Shown here: positions 1 to 12,403 of the stretch, one piece after another
Layout: every line of letters begins with the position of its first letter
Position numbering within the stretch: position 1 is the first letter of the stretch
Source of the DNA: Kondoa subrosea
Lineage: Eukaryota
Assembly (NCBI GenBank): GCA_039545335.1
Contig: BCIN01000006.1
Span: 1,306,958-1,370,957, forward strand
Reading direction: 5' to 3'
Length of the DNA stretch: 64,000 nucleotides
Notes under the pieces: model-generated
What the model saw: only the letters and a program-made list of their open reading frames with translations
What the model was told of the DNA's origin: nothing
Database searches by the model: none
Program-made: the position numbers and the translations under genes

Positions 1-1029
1 CACTGCAGGATCGCGCAAGGATCACTTCATTTTCTGTCATCTCCTGGTATGGCGACGGCTACTAGTAGAGCGCAGAGTTATCGATCGGCCACCAGAGCAC
101 ACTATGGCTGTCAATTATCCTAATTTAATGCTATACACTTTACTAGCTGCTTGCCTCCCTCTGCCCAGATCTCATGATAGACAATCCTTTCGAGCTTGGC
201 GCCAGCTCCTCTTCCCTTCCATAAATCAAGCAAATTACTGAGACACTTCCCGACTCGGAATTATTGCTCAGAATAATTCGACAGGTATTGAGGAAAGCTT
301 ACCCTCCGCGACCACCTCATCCCTAGTTGCCATTGCTCGACAGTGAGAAAGTTTCCATGGTATTTAAGCCCGAAGTGCCACGCCTGAAAGTGCTTGACGC
401 TGCTTGAAAATGAGCACGACGGAAAGTCGCAGAAGTGAAGACTGCCGAGACAGTCTGCTGTCGTTCATGGACATTGGCGGCGGTTACGACTGCTCTGTAC
501 GCGAGGGGAAATGCGCTTGAGGTTCGTGCAGCGGGAGTACTACCTTGCAGAGTGGTTTCGAGGCGGAAAGGGATTTGGCGCAGAGCATAAAACCAGAGCG
601 AAAAGATGCCTCGTGCTCTGCTCATCAAAAGAATGGCAGCAAAGGAGTACAGCAGCTTGCTATCTAAGAAGACTCTATCGCGGTATCAGACTGATCAGAC
701 GCGTAGTGATGTCATTTGAGCCGCGCAAAAGTCGACATTCGGAGCAAAAGGAGCAACACCAAGAAGTAGAGAGCATTTGGCACTAGCTGGTTTCCACCCA
801 GCTATGCCAATCGGCAGACAGGTTGATAAGAGGAAAGCAACTTTGTGCAATGAAAAACGGGCCTGTGAAAGAGCCGGCTGGCGGTGGAACAGCCGGTATA
901 AATCAGAGCGCGATACGTAGGCCTTGACTCTTCGTAGTCATAAGTAGAATGTTCAGGTCGTCAGAAGCACGAATGAGGTCTGCCGAGGATGCACCGCATC
1001 GCCTTCGGGAACAATCATAGCTGGCTATT

Positions 1030-4000
1030 CTAGCTAATTCCAGTCTTGACTATGTGAGCCGTCGCTTGACATTTGCTGGTGAAGTACTTACTTACAACGG
1101 GACCAACGTCAACCTGATCTCGGATACTCACGCCCGATGATATGAAAGCAACGCGCAGTCTGATTCGTAAAGGTGCCTGAGACAACATAAACACCATGAA
1201 CCCGAGTTATTGCAGACATATTTGCTTTACCTCATTCTGACCGGTAATGCGCAGTTGCTGCACAGCGGGAGTGCCGGGGTAAATATCCGTCCTGTCAATG
1301 GAAAGCATTTGCAATTTTTGAGTCTAACACGCTCGCGCTTTGTAAATGGCGGTGCAGGTGCAATATATGAAAGATGATATACCTTCGGGACTGCCGCTTG
1401 GAAATTGATGGCTTGTATGCCTGATTCTTGCTGTGTCGAGAAATTAACCAGGAAATCCATGTTAGTAGGGATTTGGCTGTCCCTGGTGGCAACGAGCGCT
1501 ATTTTAAGACCGTGATCCTCATAGGCCATTGTGGAGTGTGCTTGAGCCGGCGCTGCTGGCGCTGAAGAGCTGACATGTAGAGATTCATTCTGCAATTCTG
1601 CAAATATCCCAGACTTTGCCTGTTTCGGGGTGGAATTTTCATTTGTAGTAGTGCGATCTGGTCCAAATAACTCTTCTAGCAAGCGCTCAGGATCACTCTG
1701 CTGAATTTTGAATGGTCTCTTGCTGTGACCCGAATTCATCTACTCCGGTGCAGTTTCAGTGCCCATTTGAAAAGCTGAAGGACTGCTCACAGCGTCAATC
1801 GATTCCATGGCATATTTCGCTGCACCTATTCCGAGTGCAGTCTTGATTTCTGGTAACGGCATTGCTTCTAGAACACCCTTCGTTATTGCTTCATCAACAA
1901 TAGAGAGAAGCCTTGCGTATTCCACAGCTCTTTGCTGTATTTCTATGTTGGCATTAGTATTGTGCTGATCAATTATAGAAAGCAGTCTTGAGCGTTCCTG
2001 ACTGAATGCAGAACGGGTGGCTAATTTGGCGCTTGCATTGAGTATGAATTGTGAGGTAGTGAATTGAGAGAAGGGTGACAGGAGAATTGATTCAAAGAGC
2101 GTCACAATCATGCTGGGGGTCAAATGAGGTCTGTCGCGAGGCTCATTGTTGGATATATTGTCGATTACCGTGCCGCCATATTCTCCTAGTGTCCAGATTC
2201 CGGCCAAAACGAGTGCCTCTTGCGACAAATCATGACTCAGGGCAGTATAGAGCTGGTGTGCTGCATAATGCTGGAGTTCAGGCGTCTGAGTCACTAGTCG
2301 GACAAAACTGGCCAATACGTCTTCCCGCACGTGGTTGCCGGCCTGCGAAAATATGGTCAGATACATCGAGCAGGACCAAGCTGACTTGCCAATTGCAAAA
2401 CGGTGATAATGGTCTCCATATGCCACCTTTTGCTCTGAGCATACCGTTCCGCTGCTAGACAGATTTGCGTGGTTATGCCCAGCTTGAATTCGGATTCGGC
2501 GCTCCTCAGAAATACCAGAAGCTCATCCAAAATTGCCACAAGGTTATTTTCATTGATTAGAGCGTAGGACAGCGCAAGTGCCCTTTTGCGGATAGAGACG
2601 TCGCCATCGCGAAGACAGTCGAGGATGATGGCTCGATGTCTTTGAACTGCCTGTGTATCGAGGTAGACCACTTTGTTGAGAGTGTGTAAAGCAACGTATC
2701 TTGAAGATGACTCAGTAGGCGGACCCTATACATGAGTCGGTGCATACCGCATATTGTTATCCTTGTTGCACAGAAATTTTCCGAGGATATTGATGGCCAT
2801 TACCCGCAACGCGGTATCGGCTTTAGTTTCGAGGATAGCCAGGACGGATTCGTATAGGATAGCGTTTCCAACATTTTTCGCGCCTTCGGTATTCGTTGCT
2901 ACCTGCATAGAGAAGTGCTGTAATTAGAATGAAAGACAGGATCACGGACGTCTCTCTACCTGAGCCAATAGATCGTGCATGGCCTCTGAAGCTTCCACAT
3001 CCTGTCGACCAAGAATACGCAGTAGTCGTAACAACTTGACTTGTAGAAATGGATCTGTAATACCGCTAACATCATGTTCTGGACTGTATCCTGTTGTCGT
3101 CAAGGCTTTGAGATGTCGAACCAGCAGAGGCACTGCTTTGCGAAACCCGCTAGCTACTTGAGAATCCATACACATTTCAGTCACGAGAGTAATTCCGCAG
3201 AGTAGAGCTCCGTGATTGCGATCAGACAGAAGCGACGTAGCCCGAGATGCAAAATGATCAACCAGGTCGGGAACTTTGCGGATGATACGGGCGGCGCAAA
3301 GCGCGGCCTGGCCTTGACATCAGACGGCAGGTGATGTCACAGGGAGGAGCACACTTACTTTACGGCGAATGTAAACATTACTGGAGCCTAGGAGCTTTTC
3401 TACCTCGTTAGCCAGGTCGCGGGACATCTCTTCGCTTGAAATATTGGCAAATGTACACAGAGCCAAACCAACGATATACATATTAGAATGATTCATGTCG
3501 CTTTGTGGACATTTGAACCGAGAAGTGGTTTCGGATTGGCTTGGACGCACTTTTTGAGAGAATTGGTCACCATTGTCAGCAACTCTGTATTCTCGTCCAA
3601 AAGTAACATTATTCCGAGATATCCCAACTTCTTGTCAGCGAATCTAGGCGATGCAACAAGTTTGAGACTAGGCGATCGTCGAGGAACCATAAGTCTTGGG
3701 TTTGCTGCAGCCGCGCGACAGTGAGCACGAACCATTCAATCTGTCCGAAATGCGCCTTATAACTGTGAGCCCCCAATATGAGCAAAGGTTTCCGGCTATT
3801 GAAGTGAACTAACCCCAACATGAAGATATAAAGCAGTTTCTCAATGCTTGCGTGTCGCGATAGAACGTCCTCCTCTCTAAAGCACTCTCGAATGGCTGCA
3901 CTCTCTCTGTCAATGACAATACGTTCATCCGCCAGAGTCTTGCAACCACGCTGACGACGGCCAATTGATCAAGCTCTACTAGGTCTATACAACATGATAA

Positions 4001-4101
4001 GACACACGATTGCTTTGATGAGCGCTATCGTTAAGACTTAGTTTCGGAGCTTCCGCAGCAAGGGATTCCAATGTACCTTTCAAATTGTAGTAGCCTCGCA
4101 T
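1030..4101 (-). CDS. APL4: AP-1 adaptor complex gamma subunit (gamma-adaptin), multi-exon; 3' end approximate
   Basis: Start [24 protein letters not shown]. Motifs [53 protein letters not shown] and QQRAVEY; C-terminal ear domain (NFQAAVPK...LRIRLRVAF). Confidence 0.93.
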
Positions 4102-4317
4102 GGTATTCCTTGTGGAGCACAGGCGTGCTATAAGCTCGATTCGTGCGCGTACGGAATCTCCCTAACAGATAGGCAGTGGTGGTCCTTACGAAGATAACCT
4201 GGTTTGTTTTACAGTAAGCCTGTAATCAGATGACTCCCATGCCGGCTGCCGTGTACAAAGACTTTCTATGCCAGCAATAGCACCGGAGTACATGGATTCG
4301 TATATGTTCTAAGCAAC

Positions 4318-5473
4318 TTACACCCGAAAGTTCATTTTCAACCCTTTCATCTTCCTTGCCTGCAACTTGCTGAGATCCTGTTGGCCAACGTGTACTTTGC
4401 CAACTTTGTCCCCCATCTCATCGACGTCCCAATTTTTGCTGCGTTTCTGGGCCTGTGCACCGCCATCGCCTTTGCTCTTTCTTTTCAAAGTTCTGTTCGC
4501 GCGCTTCCACTGCTCTGAGCTACCTTCCACTGATCGACGGAGGCTGATATCTAGTGCAGGACCGCTGGGTATCAATGTTACGTAAGGCTGACGACCATTC
4601 GAAGTAGATTTCAATAATTTCGTCATGTACACTCTGACGTGAACTGAAGGTAGAGAGGATGCCAATGGTGCTTGTGTTTCGACAACTGGAGATGTCGAAG
4701 TTCCAGTACCTGCTGCAAATTGCATGGCTGGGGCATGACCGACAGAGATGACGTGCTCGAGTCCTTGCAAATCGATTGCATCGGTCGCTTCGCCACGGTA
4801 CAAGTCGAGCAGAAGGGACTTGAGTTGGATATAAAGAGGGTGCGTAGAAAACAATTCGCCAGAAAAGTGAAATAAGGGTTTCTGGCCTACAGCAGGTTTT
4901 CGAGTCTGACAGCAATAGCATATGTCTTAGACGCTCCGCACTAGATTCCAAGGCAATGATAATCTACCTTGTACTCGTCAATGCTGGTGGCTGAGATTAT
5001 GCCAAGTTCCAGCATATCCAGGATTTGATGGTCGAACATTCGAGCTAGGATCAGATTGTTGGGCCGTTTCTTGCTATTCGAGCCGATAATAGCAAAGGAA
5101 GTATCATTCTTTGTCGACCAGAACTCCAATGTACTAGGATCTTGAAATGGCAGTATACCAGCATTGCTTTTTTTAGTGAAAGAGATCGCATGAGGTTTTT
5201 TGAGGAGAAAGAGCTGCGATAGAGCGATATTGATTGTGCTAGAAGTAGAGCTGGATTTGATGAAGAGCGCCGATTTTACATCTTCAACAACCTGCGAACG
5301 ATAATACTTCAGGTAAGCTATTTCAGAACTAGCAACGCCGGTCTACTTTAGGATTGCGAGCTTCCAGAGCTCGTTTGCCTTGTGCATTTTTGGGTTTGCT
5401 GAAAAGGGATAGGGTGCTGAGCTTCAGCTGATCAATTGCAGATGTACTTGGCTGCTCACCTTGTTCGCAGCAT
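4318..5473 (-). CDS. RPF2: Brix-domain ribosome biogenesis protein Rpf2
   Basis: MLRT|SKPKNAQGKRALEAR start; EFWSTKNDTSFAIIGSNSKKRPNNLILARMFDHQILDMLELG; C-terminus DEMGDKVGKVHVGQQDLSKLQARKMKGLK. Confidence 0.92.
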
Positions 5474-5558
5474 CTTACAAGCGCGCGGATCGATTGTATG
5501 CCTATCGTATGACGGTAAAATGCAAATTATCGTTTTTCGCTATCCAACCACCGCACCG

Positions 5559-7745
5559 ATGTCCGACTGCGAGCCAGCGCAGGGACCAAACGCTGCAGAG
5601 CTGCAATTCGCCTTCGCTGCTGCGGAAGAAGAAGCAAGCAGCGACCAAGCCACTGTATCGGATGCTGTAAGTATCAGCATTTGGGGAACCAACATTGTTG
5701 CCTGAATATAAGAGCCCACAGACAAGGCAGCATACCAAAGAGAAGGGCGAGGAAGACAAAGCCACTGCATCCGGTGTCAAAGGGTCGCACAGCAAGGCAT
5801 CGCAGACGGAGTCTGTGCCGAAGCAGGTTATGCAGCATGTAAAGTCTCAAGTACAAGAGGACCACGGACGCTCTGCCGCTAGCAAGCTCACCCCTGAAAT
5901 GTTGGCTGCATTGCTCAAGAAAATCAAGATGGACGAAGTGATTGCGGGTAAGGATGGCCTGAACCGAAAAAACAAAAAGTGAGTCCTCTGTTTCGCAGCA
6001 TTTCTGATCTATAGCGGCTTACGAAGCATTCGAAGAGACATGGCAGACTTCAAGTTTTGGGACACTCAACCGGTTCCAAAATTAGGCAGTAGTGCGGATA
6101 CCATAAAGTACTTTGGTAATTCCTGGCTTACTCTTCTTCAGCCGGGAACGTACAAGACCAGATGATAGAACCGGACAAACTTCCAAGCGAGATTCGGCAA
6201 ATTCCGTACGAGATGCGCGAACCTTACGAGTGGTGTACTGTAGATTTGGACGATGATAAGCAGGTATCTTTGATAGGTATGCTACACAGAATTGGCATAT
6301 CTGACAGCTTAGGACAGCTTCACGAAGTATACCACTTGCTCACGAAGCATTACGTGGAAGATGACGACGCGTCCTTCCGCTTTGACTATTCGGCTGAATT
6401 CATCCGCTGGTATGTTCGATCCGCACTTAGTACAGGTCAATCATAATCAGTGTGCAAGGGCGCTGAAACCACCAGGTTTTATGAAAGATTGGCATGTAGG
6501 CATTCGCGCAAAATCCTCGAAGAAGCTTGTTGCGTTTATCGCTGGCATTCCGATGGAGCTTCGCGTCAGACGCCTGTAGGCTTTATCTCCAGGAGTCGTG
6601 CCCTCACTGAACACCTACCAGGACCAAAAAATGTAGCGAAATCAATTATCTCTGCGTACACAAAAAGCTTAGAGCCAACCGCCTCGCGCCTCTACTGATT
6701 CAAGAAGTGACGCGACGATGTAACTTGGCTGGAATATTTCAGGCTGTGTATACAGCCGGCGTTTTCTTGCCTACACCGGTCTCTCGTTGCCAGTGAGTGT
6801 TTTCGGACTGTGCGCAATGTCTGACTGTTTCCCATACAGGTATTATCACCGATCACTGAATCCTAAGAAGCTAGTTGCCACTGGTTTCACCTCCTTGCCC
6901 CGACATCAAACCATGGCATCTCTGGTCAAAGCAGCTGCCGTACCTTCAAAAACGTCCCTTGTGGGTTTGCGAGAGATGGCTGATCATGACGTTGAGGAAG
7001 TATGTCATCTGCTGAACAAACAATTGAGCCGTTATGATCTAGCTCCGGTCATGACCATCGGAGAGGTGAGGCACAATTTCATTTCTGGAATGGGTCGAGG
7101 GCAAGCTGTGGGCGGGCGGCGGCATGGTCAGGTTACCTGGTCGTATGTGGTTCAAGTACGTACATGATCACTATTAGAGGGTGTTCGCCTACATCACATA
7201 CACAGGATTCGGCTTCAGGAGCCATCACCGACTTTTTTTCCTTTTACCATCTACCTTCTACAGCTATCAAAGCCAATCAGATTGTCGACGCTGCCTATCT
7301 CTTCTATTATGCCACATTGAATACAAGGCTCGTTTCCGCGCGAGATTCGAAGAATGAACTAGCAATGTCTCAAGAACGGCTCAAGCTATTAATACAAGAT
7401 GCTTTGACAGTGGCAAAGAACGCACGTTTCCGATCATGGCATGCTGGGTTGCCTGCTCAATCCTAAACACAGGCCGAATTCGATGTATTCAACGCATTGA
7501 CTCTAATGGATAATAGCTTATTCCTCCGCGATTTACGATTTGGACCAGGTGACGGTTTTTTGCATTAGTGAGTTGTTGATTTGCATCGATCGCGTGGTTG
7601 AAGTCTTGCGACGGGCAGCTACCTTTACAACTGGATTACACGACCTATTCACGGCGGTGACAAAGCGCAGCAGACACAAGACAGCGAGGAGGATTCGACA
7701 GAAGCCCTTAGCCGCGGCTCAGGAGTTGGCCTAGTAATGCTATAA
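5559..7745 (+). CDS. NMT1: Glycylpeptide N-myristoyltransferase, multi-exon
   Basis: [70 protein letters not shown]; ends in the canonical GVGLVML*. Confidence 0.96.
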
Positions 7746-7929
7746 CTTTGGTCCTTCTCGACGAGATCTATCGATAATGAATTGGGAAGCAGGCACTTGC
7801 TTATCAAGCATTTCTGTAGTGACGCATACGAAGGTTGATTATTAGCGTCCTATCAATGAATTCCGGTACATCATGACATCAAACCATTCCCTTTCTTCCC
7901 TCACAGGGATACGCCGGTCTGATCGTAGC

Positions 7930-8402
7930 CTAACCCATTTTGCCCGCAGGGCTTGAAATAGCGCAAATTCAGTTTTATGCGCACTAAGCAAGAACGCTTC
8001 ACGTACTTGACATTCCTGTATTGCGGGTGCTGATCAGCACCGATCACATCAGCAGGAAGAACTACTCACATGCGCCTCTTCTGACCCATAGGGGTAGTGG
8101 AGTTCACGAAGCTAAGAATGAACATCAGAATAACTCTTGTAACTTTCAAGATCATCGTACCGCCTGGACAATAACATTTCGTGAATGTTCAGCTTCATCG
8201 AATGCTGGTAGCTTGTAACGGACCTGTTGTATTTAATTCTCTTCATGGCCCTGCCTTTTGGTTTCTTCTTCTTTTCCTGCGCTTCAACTTTTGGAGTTTG
8301 CGATTTCACCTTGCCTGCAAATATGACCCTTTATTATGGGCCTGTCGAGCAAGTGTAGAGATACTTGCCTGCTCGAGCAAGCGATCCATGTACCTTTCCC
8401 AT
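7930..8402 (-). CDS. RPS30: 40S ribosomal protein S30 (eS30), 6 exons including 3-nt and 9-nt microexons
   Basis: Spliced reading [66 protein letters not shown]. Confidence 0.93.
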
Positions 8403-8824
8403 ATTTTTCGTGGTGCAAGAGAAAGGAGTAGAGACGAAATTTTGCTGGTTCGGTCTTGTCCGTCAATCTATTTCCTAAACCAATAGTCGAAGTTTGAGGA
8501 CTCTGAGGCTTGTGGCGCGCATTCACTGTCCAGCGCCGAGACTAGCAAGAATCCGAATTGCAACTTCGTCAGTCTAGAGCACCCGGAAACAATTAAAGCG
8601 ATGTTGAGCCGGAGCGCAGGCTTGCGCCAGGGGTACTGGGAGTCCGATGATCTCTCTTGGCTCTGCTGCCTGCTCACAAGCTTACGAGACAACGCACACG
8701 CAAGCTCCGACTTCGCTCAAAGACTTTACTGCCATTACAGGTATCGGAGCTGACAACTGACCTGTTTCGAAGCGTTCCGCCTCCGCTGTCATGACTCATA
8801 CCGACTCCGAGTAGTCCCTCCGAG

Positions 8825-10169
8825 ACGCAAGAGCTGTCGCGTGAAGTAACGACAACTGCATTTTCTTCTGGAAATCAGGCTTTACGCACATCAGCCCAGC
8901 TGTCGAGCAATAAGCCACTTCTGGCTGCCGGATAACTCCTTTCGATACAATCTGGCAGTGCTATTGGTGTGATATGCAGCATTAATCAAAGAGGCGTAAT
9001 ATGTGCACGCCTGATTGCGCTAGCGAGCGACAAAATTAATGGTCAACATTACACAATGCTTCCACTGTGCTGGCGTCAATTGTACACGGATGCCAGTATC
9101 TTACTAGGATTTGAGCTTCTCGCCGATGGTGAAAGTGGTGCAAGGGACGAAGACGACTTTCTCTATGGCATTGGTCAATTGGACTCGGCATTGGTCATTG
9201 CAGGAGCACCGGGCGACCACCGCAAGACTTGCATTTTCAGTCTGATCTGTCGTCTGCAAGCATTAATACCGGCCACAGAGATCAAGTTGTTGCCTGTGCT
9301 GGATATCATTTCGCCGAGTACAAGGACACCCTTACCAGCTTCTTCGGATGTTCCTATCTCTTCGGTTACTCTTATACAGCAACTCACACATCTTTCAAGG
9401 CCATTGCTGATTCCGGGAGGTGTTGCGCACTGGCCAGCGCTTGCAAGGTGGAGGGATCTTTCCTACCTCGCTCGTGCAGCTGGTCCAGGTCGAATGGTAC
9501 CGGTCGAAATTGGTCGCGATTACACAAAGGACGGATGGTCGCAAGAAATGAGGCCTTTCACCGAATTCTTATCTTCTCTTTGCAATGTTTCTGCATCTAG
9601 CAAGCAAGAAGTACTATACCTAGCCCAGCACGATCTTTTTCTGCAATTTCCGCAGCTGATGAAGGATATGCTGATTCCGGACTGCGTCTTCACCATTCGA
9701 CCTCAAAGCGCCGTCTATGTTTCGCCCGCGACCAATACAGGTGTTGCCGTTAATGCATGGCTTGGGCCTAAAGGGACCGTTAGTCCAGCGCATACCGATC
9801 CGTACTATAATGCCTACGGTATTTCTCCCGATATGCGCTGTCCGGCAGTAGAGATCTCATTTTGAAGGAATAGCACAAGTAGTTGGCCGCAAACGGGTCT
9901 GGCTAGCCCCGCCGGAAGTGGACATGCGCAACAAAGCTGCAAACAATGAATCGGGAGATTTATTGAATGCACCAAATGCCAGTGTCTTCGGTAATACTTC
10001 GAACATAGACGTCTTCTCCGACGACACGAGCGTAGATGCTTACGGTATGCGCGAGGCTGGAGCTCAAGAGACGGTCTTGCAGCCTGGGGACCTGCTGCTC
10101 ATGCCACCTTTATGGTGGCATGGTATGCAAAGCCTCGACCCATCTTTTTCGGTTAGTCTGTGGTTTTGA
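8825..10169 (+). pseudogene. Second copy of the JmjC (JMJD5/cupin-8-like) gene with a decayed 5' end; might still give an N-truncated product from the internal ATG at 9056
   Basis: 8999-10169 is the reverse complement of 22572-23742 (K vs Q at 9770/22971). 8825-8998 is diverged homology to 23743-23934, with ACG at the start-codon position (8825) and TGA at 8970 in place of TGG. Confidence 0.75.
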
Positions 10170-10452
10170 GGATAGACTGAGCGCATCGGGTAAACTTTGG
10201 AAGGTGAAGTTTGGAAGGAAATATTTTCGAAGACTGGGGGTCAAAGGATGATACTTCGATGCGGAAACATTGATCACGCGAGATCAGTATTGACATTCAC
10301 ACATTGCACTACTACAAATTCTCGATTACGACCGTGCGAAACCGGAAACACCGTAGTTCGCCATCACCCTATTGTACTGGCTGCGGCAGCAGACATGCGT
10401 GAGCTTTCGAAATATTTGCAACTGCAGATGAGCTGACCATGGTTTTGCCGAA

Positions 10453-10641
10453 TCAAGCAATCACACAGACTGTGCCAATGCCACCCGGAGGTCCTGGAGT
10501 GTTACGAGAGACGACACAGACTGTACCAATACCGCCTGGTGGACCTGGAGTGTTACGAGAGACGACACAGACTGTACCAATACCGCCTGGTGGACCTGGA
10601 GTGTTTCTAGGGTCGACGGTGCAAGTAATAGCGGAAGGCAT
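10453..10641 (-). CDS. Lipopeptide mating pheromone precursor with 3 tandem cores (MPSAITCTVDPR-[NTPGPPGGIGTVCVVSR]x2-NTPGPPGGIGTVCVIA*)
   Basis: 62 aa; terminal CAAX (CVIA) and internal CVVS-R motifs. 17-aa repeats differ at synonymous third positions in this frame. Architecture resembles red-yeast RHA-type precursors. Confidence 0.88.
   Translation of the reverse strand: MPSAITCTVDPRNTPGPPGGIGTVCVVSRNTPGPPGGIGTVCVVSRNTPGPPGGIGTVCVIA
10463..10605. repeat. 51-bp tandem repeat (~2.8 units) encoding the pheromone cores
   Basis: Unit acacagactgt(g/a)ccaat...ggagtgttacgagagacg starts at 10463, 10514 and 10565. Confidence 0.95.
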
Positions 10642-12403
10642 GTTCAGCCGAATTCAAAAGGAATGTGAAGGGGCGGTTAGGTGAAGCGTGAGAATATGTG
10701 GATGAAAGCAAGCAAGAAGGTAGGAATTCCCAAGCCTTATACATTTTCGGACAATAGGCCTTTTGTTGCACAAATCAAAAGGCAAAACCGTGACAGACTT
10801 TGACAAAGGAACATAGAGGGCTTTCGTCAGCTCAAGCCCGCTACAGGCACATATAACTACATATAACGGAGGCTCAAGAGGTCAGGTTGGCGTTATTGAG
10901 AGTGCTACTATTGATAGTTGGGGTGGAACAAGTTCATCTGTAATATTACATCCCTGCCCGGAATGATGGGACGGGAATGGCATGCGGTGTAATGCAGGAC
11001 TATGTCACGAAGGTCACCAGTATGGAAGGTATACCTTTGTGAATTTTCAGCACTGCGAATCAAGCAAGATCATTGGGCTTGGTCTTCAGATATATATTTC
11101 TATGTGTAGGGGGAGGCCGACTACGCGGCGAAGCCCAAACCTGCCCCTAAGTATGCAGATATGCGTAGCCAACAGAATATCAATTGCACAACCGTTTCCC
11201 ACTACAAGATGACTGTTCTGCGACTGAATAGGTCAAGGGACAGTATTACCGGGTGATTCGATAAGCGCCACTTGCTCGTCAGATTTTTGCCTCGTACTGC
11301 AGTAGAAGTAGTGTCTCAAAAGCAGATTGAAAGGGCGCATCATACACCGGCGGCTGTAATGAGCATTGTCAGCACGAACATTATTTCCTCGGACTCGGAC
11401 TCTACGCGTTCTGCGCACTCAGCGCTGCGCGTCCTCCTCGATTGTACGCAACGTAAGCCGCTCTTCGCTGAGCAGGGATTTCCCGAAAGAACAGAGAACG
11501 GATGTGGTAGGAGTTAGCAGCACCTGTTGCCCGCAAGAAATATATCGAGTGCCATAGATGTGAACAGAAGTAGCACACGTCTTCTTCTTGTCCGACCTGT
11601 GCCGGGCCTATTCGCGAAAACAGCAGTTCATAGCTCACAATTGATTAGGTTGAGCTCCTAACAACCCATTAATGATGTGAAACCGAAGAAGTTTTGAGCG
11701 GAAGGCAATGGGAACTCGCTTGAATGGGGACTCTGCTGATATCGATAGTCAAGCAAGACAGTTCTGCTGAATGCCTTCTACTTAATCCGCACCCCGAGTG
11801 ATGGTTTATCAGCAAGGAAGCAGCTGATTGGCATTACGTCCATGTGCCAACAAGTGTGCTCTCACACCATTCTCAAAGCAGGTGGCGAGACACTGTCAAG
11901 AGTCGTACTGTTGGTGCTATGATAGGATTGCTGAGCCTGCAGCAGCAGGACACGTCCGAAGCAATGTAATGAAAAGGCAGAAATGATGCCAGAATATAAG
12001 CGTGGCAAAGGAAACAAGAGTCGATAGGTTTGCAGAGATGACCAAAGATATGATTCAATGGCCCTGGTGGCCTGGACGAAAGGCCAAACTTTGCCAAAGC
12101 GGCAGAAGGCGACATGATTCACGGTGATTGATAGCGAAAGCCTGAGAGGAATACTCCAGCTCCGGCGGATTTGTATCGGATCAATGTTGCCGTTGGTATC
12201 AGCAGTTAGCGACTGCATAGCATCACGAGTCATAGCTCGGATCAAATGCTCGAGTTGATTATTGGCTGAATTAGTAAGCATCGGAAGAAGACGGGTCAGG
12301 TGTCAAGTGGTCTTTCCGAGAAGACACGAGGACATTTTTTCCCTTAAGACCCTAATCTATACAGGTTTGGGAACAAGGCCAGTGGCGCAAATATCGAGCG
12401 GCT

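Larger units (their letters stand above)
8999..11009. repeat. Left arm (2011 bp) of a long near-perfect inverted repeat
   Basis: Reverse complement of 21783-23742. Coordinate sums are 32741 outside and 32792 inside the pheromone repeat, matching a 51-bp indel. Mirrored identical ORFs appear in the ORF track. Confidence 0.97.

Noticed and set aside
1..900. Short ORFs at 323-628 (-) and 511-786 (+)
   Set aside because: No recognisable family, and the window edge removes the context needed to call a gene.
1737..1792. In-frame TAG directly followed by ATG in gamma-adaptin (possible readthrough)
   Set aside because: Explained by a ~51-nt intron gtgagc...ggagtag whose acceptor supplies the TAG.
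10197..10436. 79-aa ORF between JmjC and the pheromone gene, duplicated at 22305-22544
   Set aside because: Non-ATG start and no motif; its conservation is explained by lying within the repeat arm.
10463..10605. Possible CRISPR-like array
   Set aside because: Contiguous 51-bp coding tandem repeats without unique spacers, in a eukaryotic context with no cas genes.
10439..10684. 81-aa plus-strand repeat ORF (TQTVPIPPGGPGVLRET) and its mirror at 22108-22302
   Set aside because: It is the antisense shadow of the pheromone precursor. Unit differences are silent in the opposite frame (M/I change here), and the CAAX stop and TATA box support the other strand.
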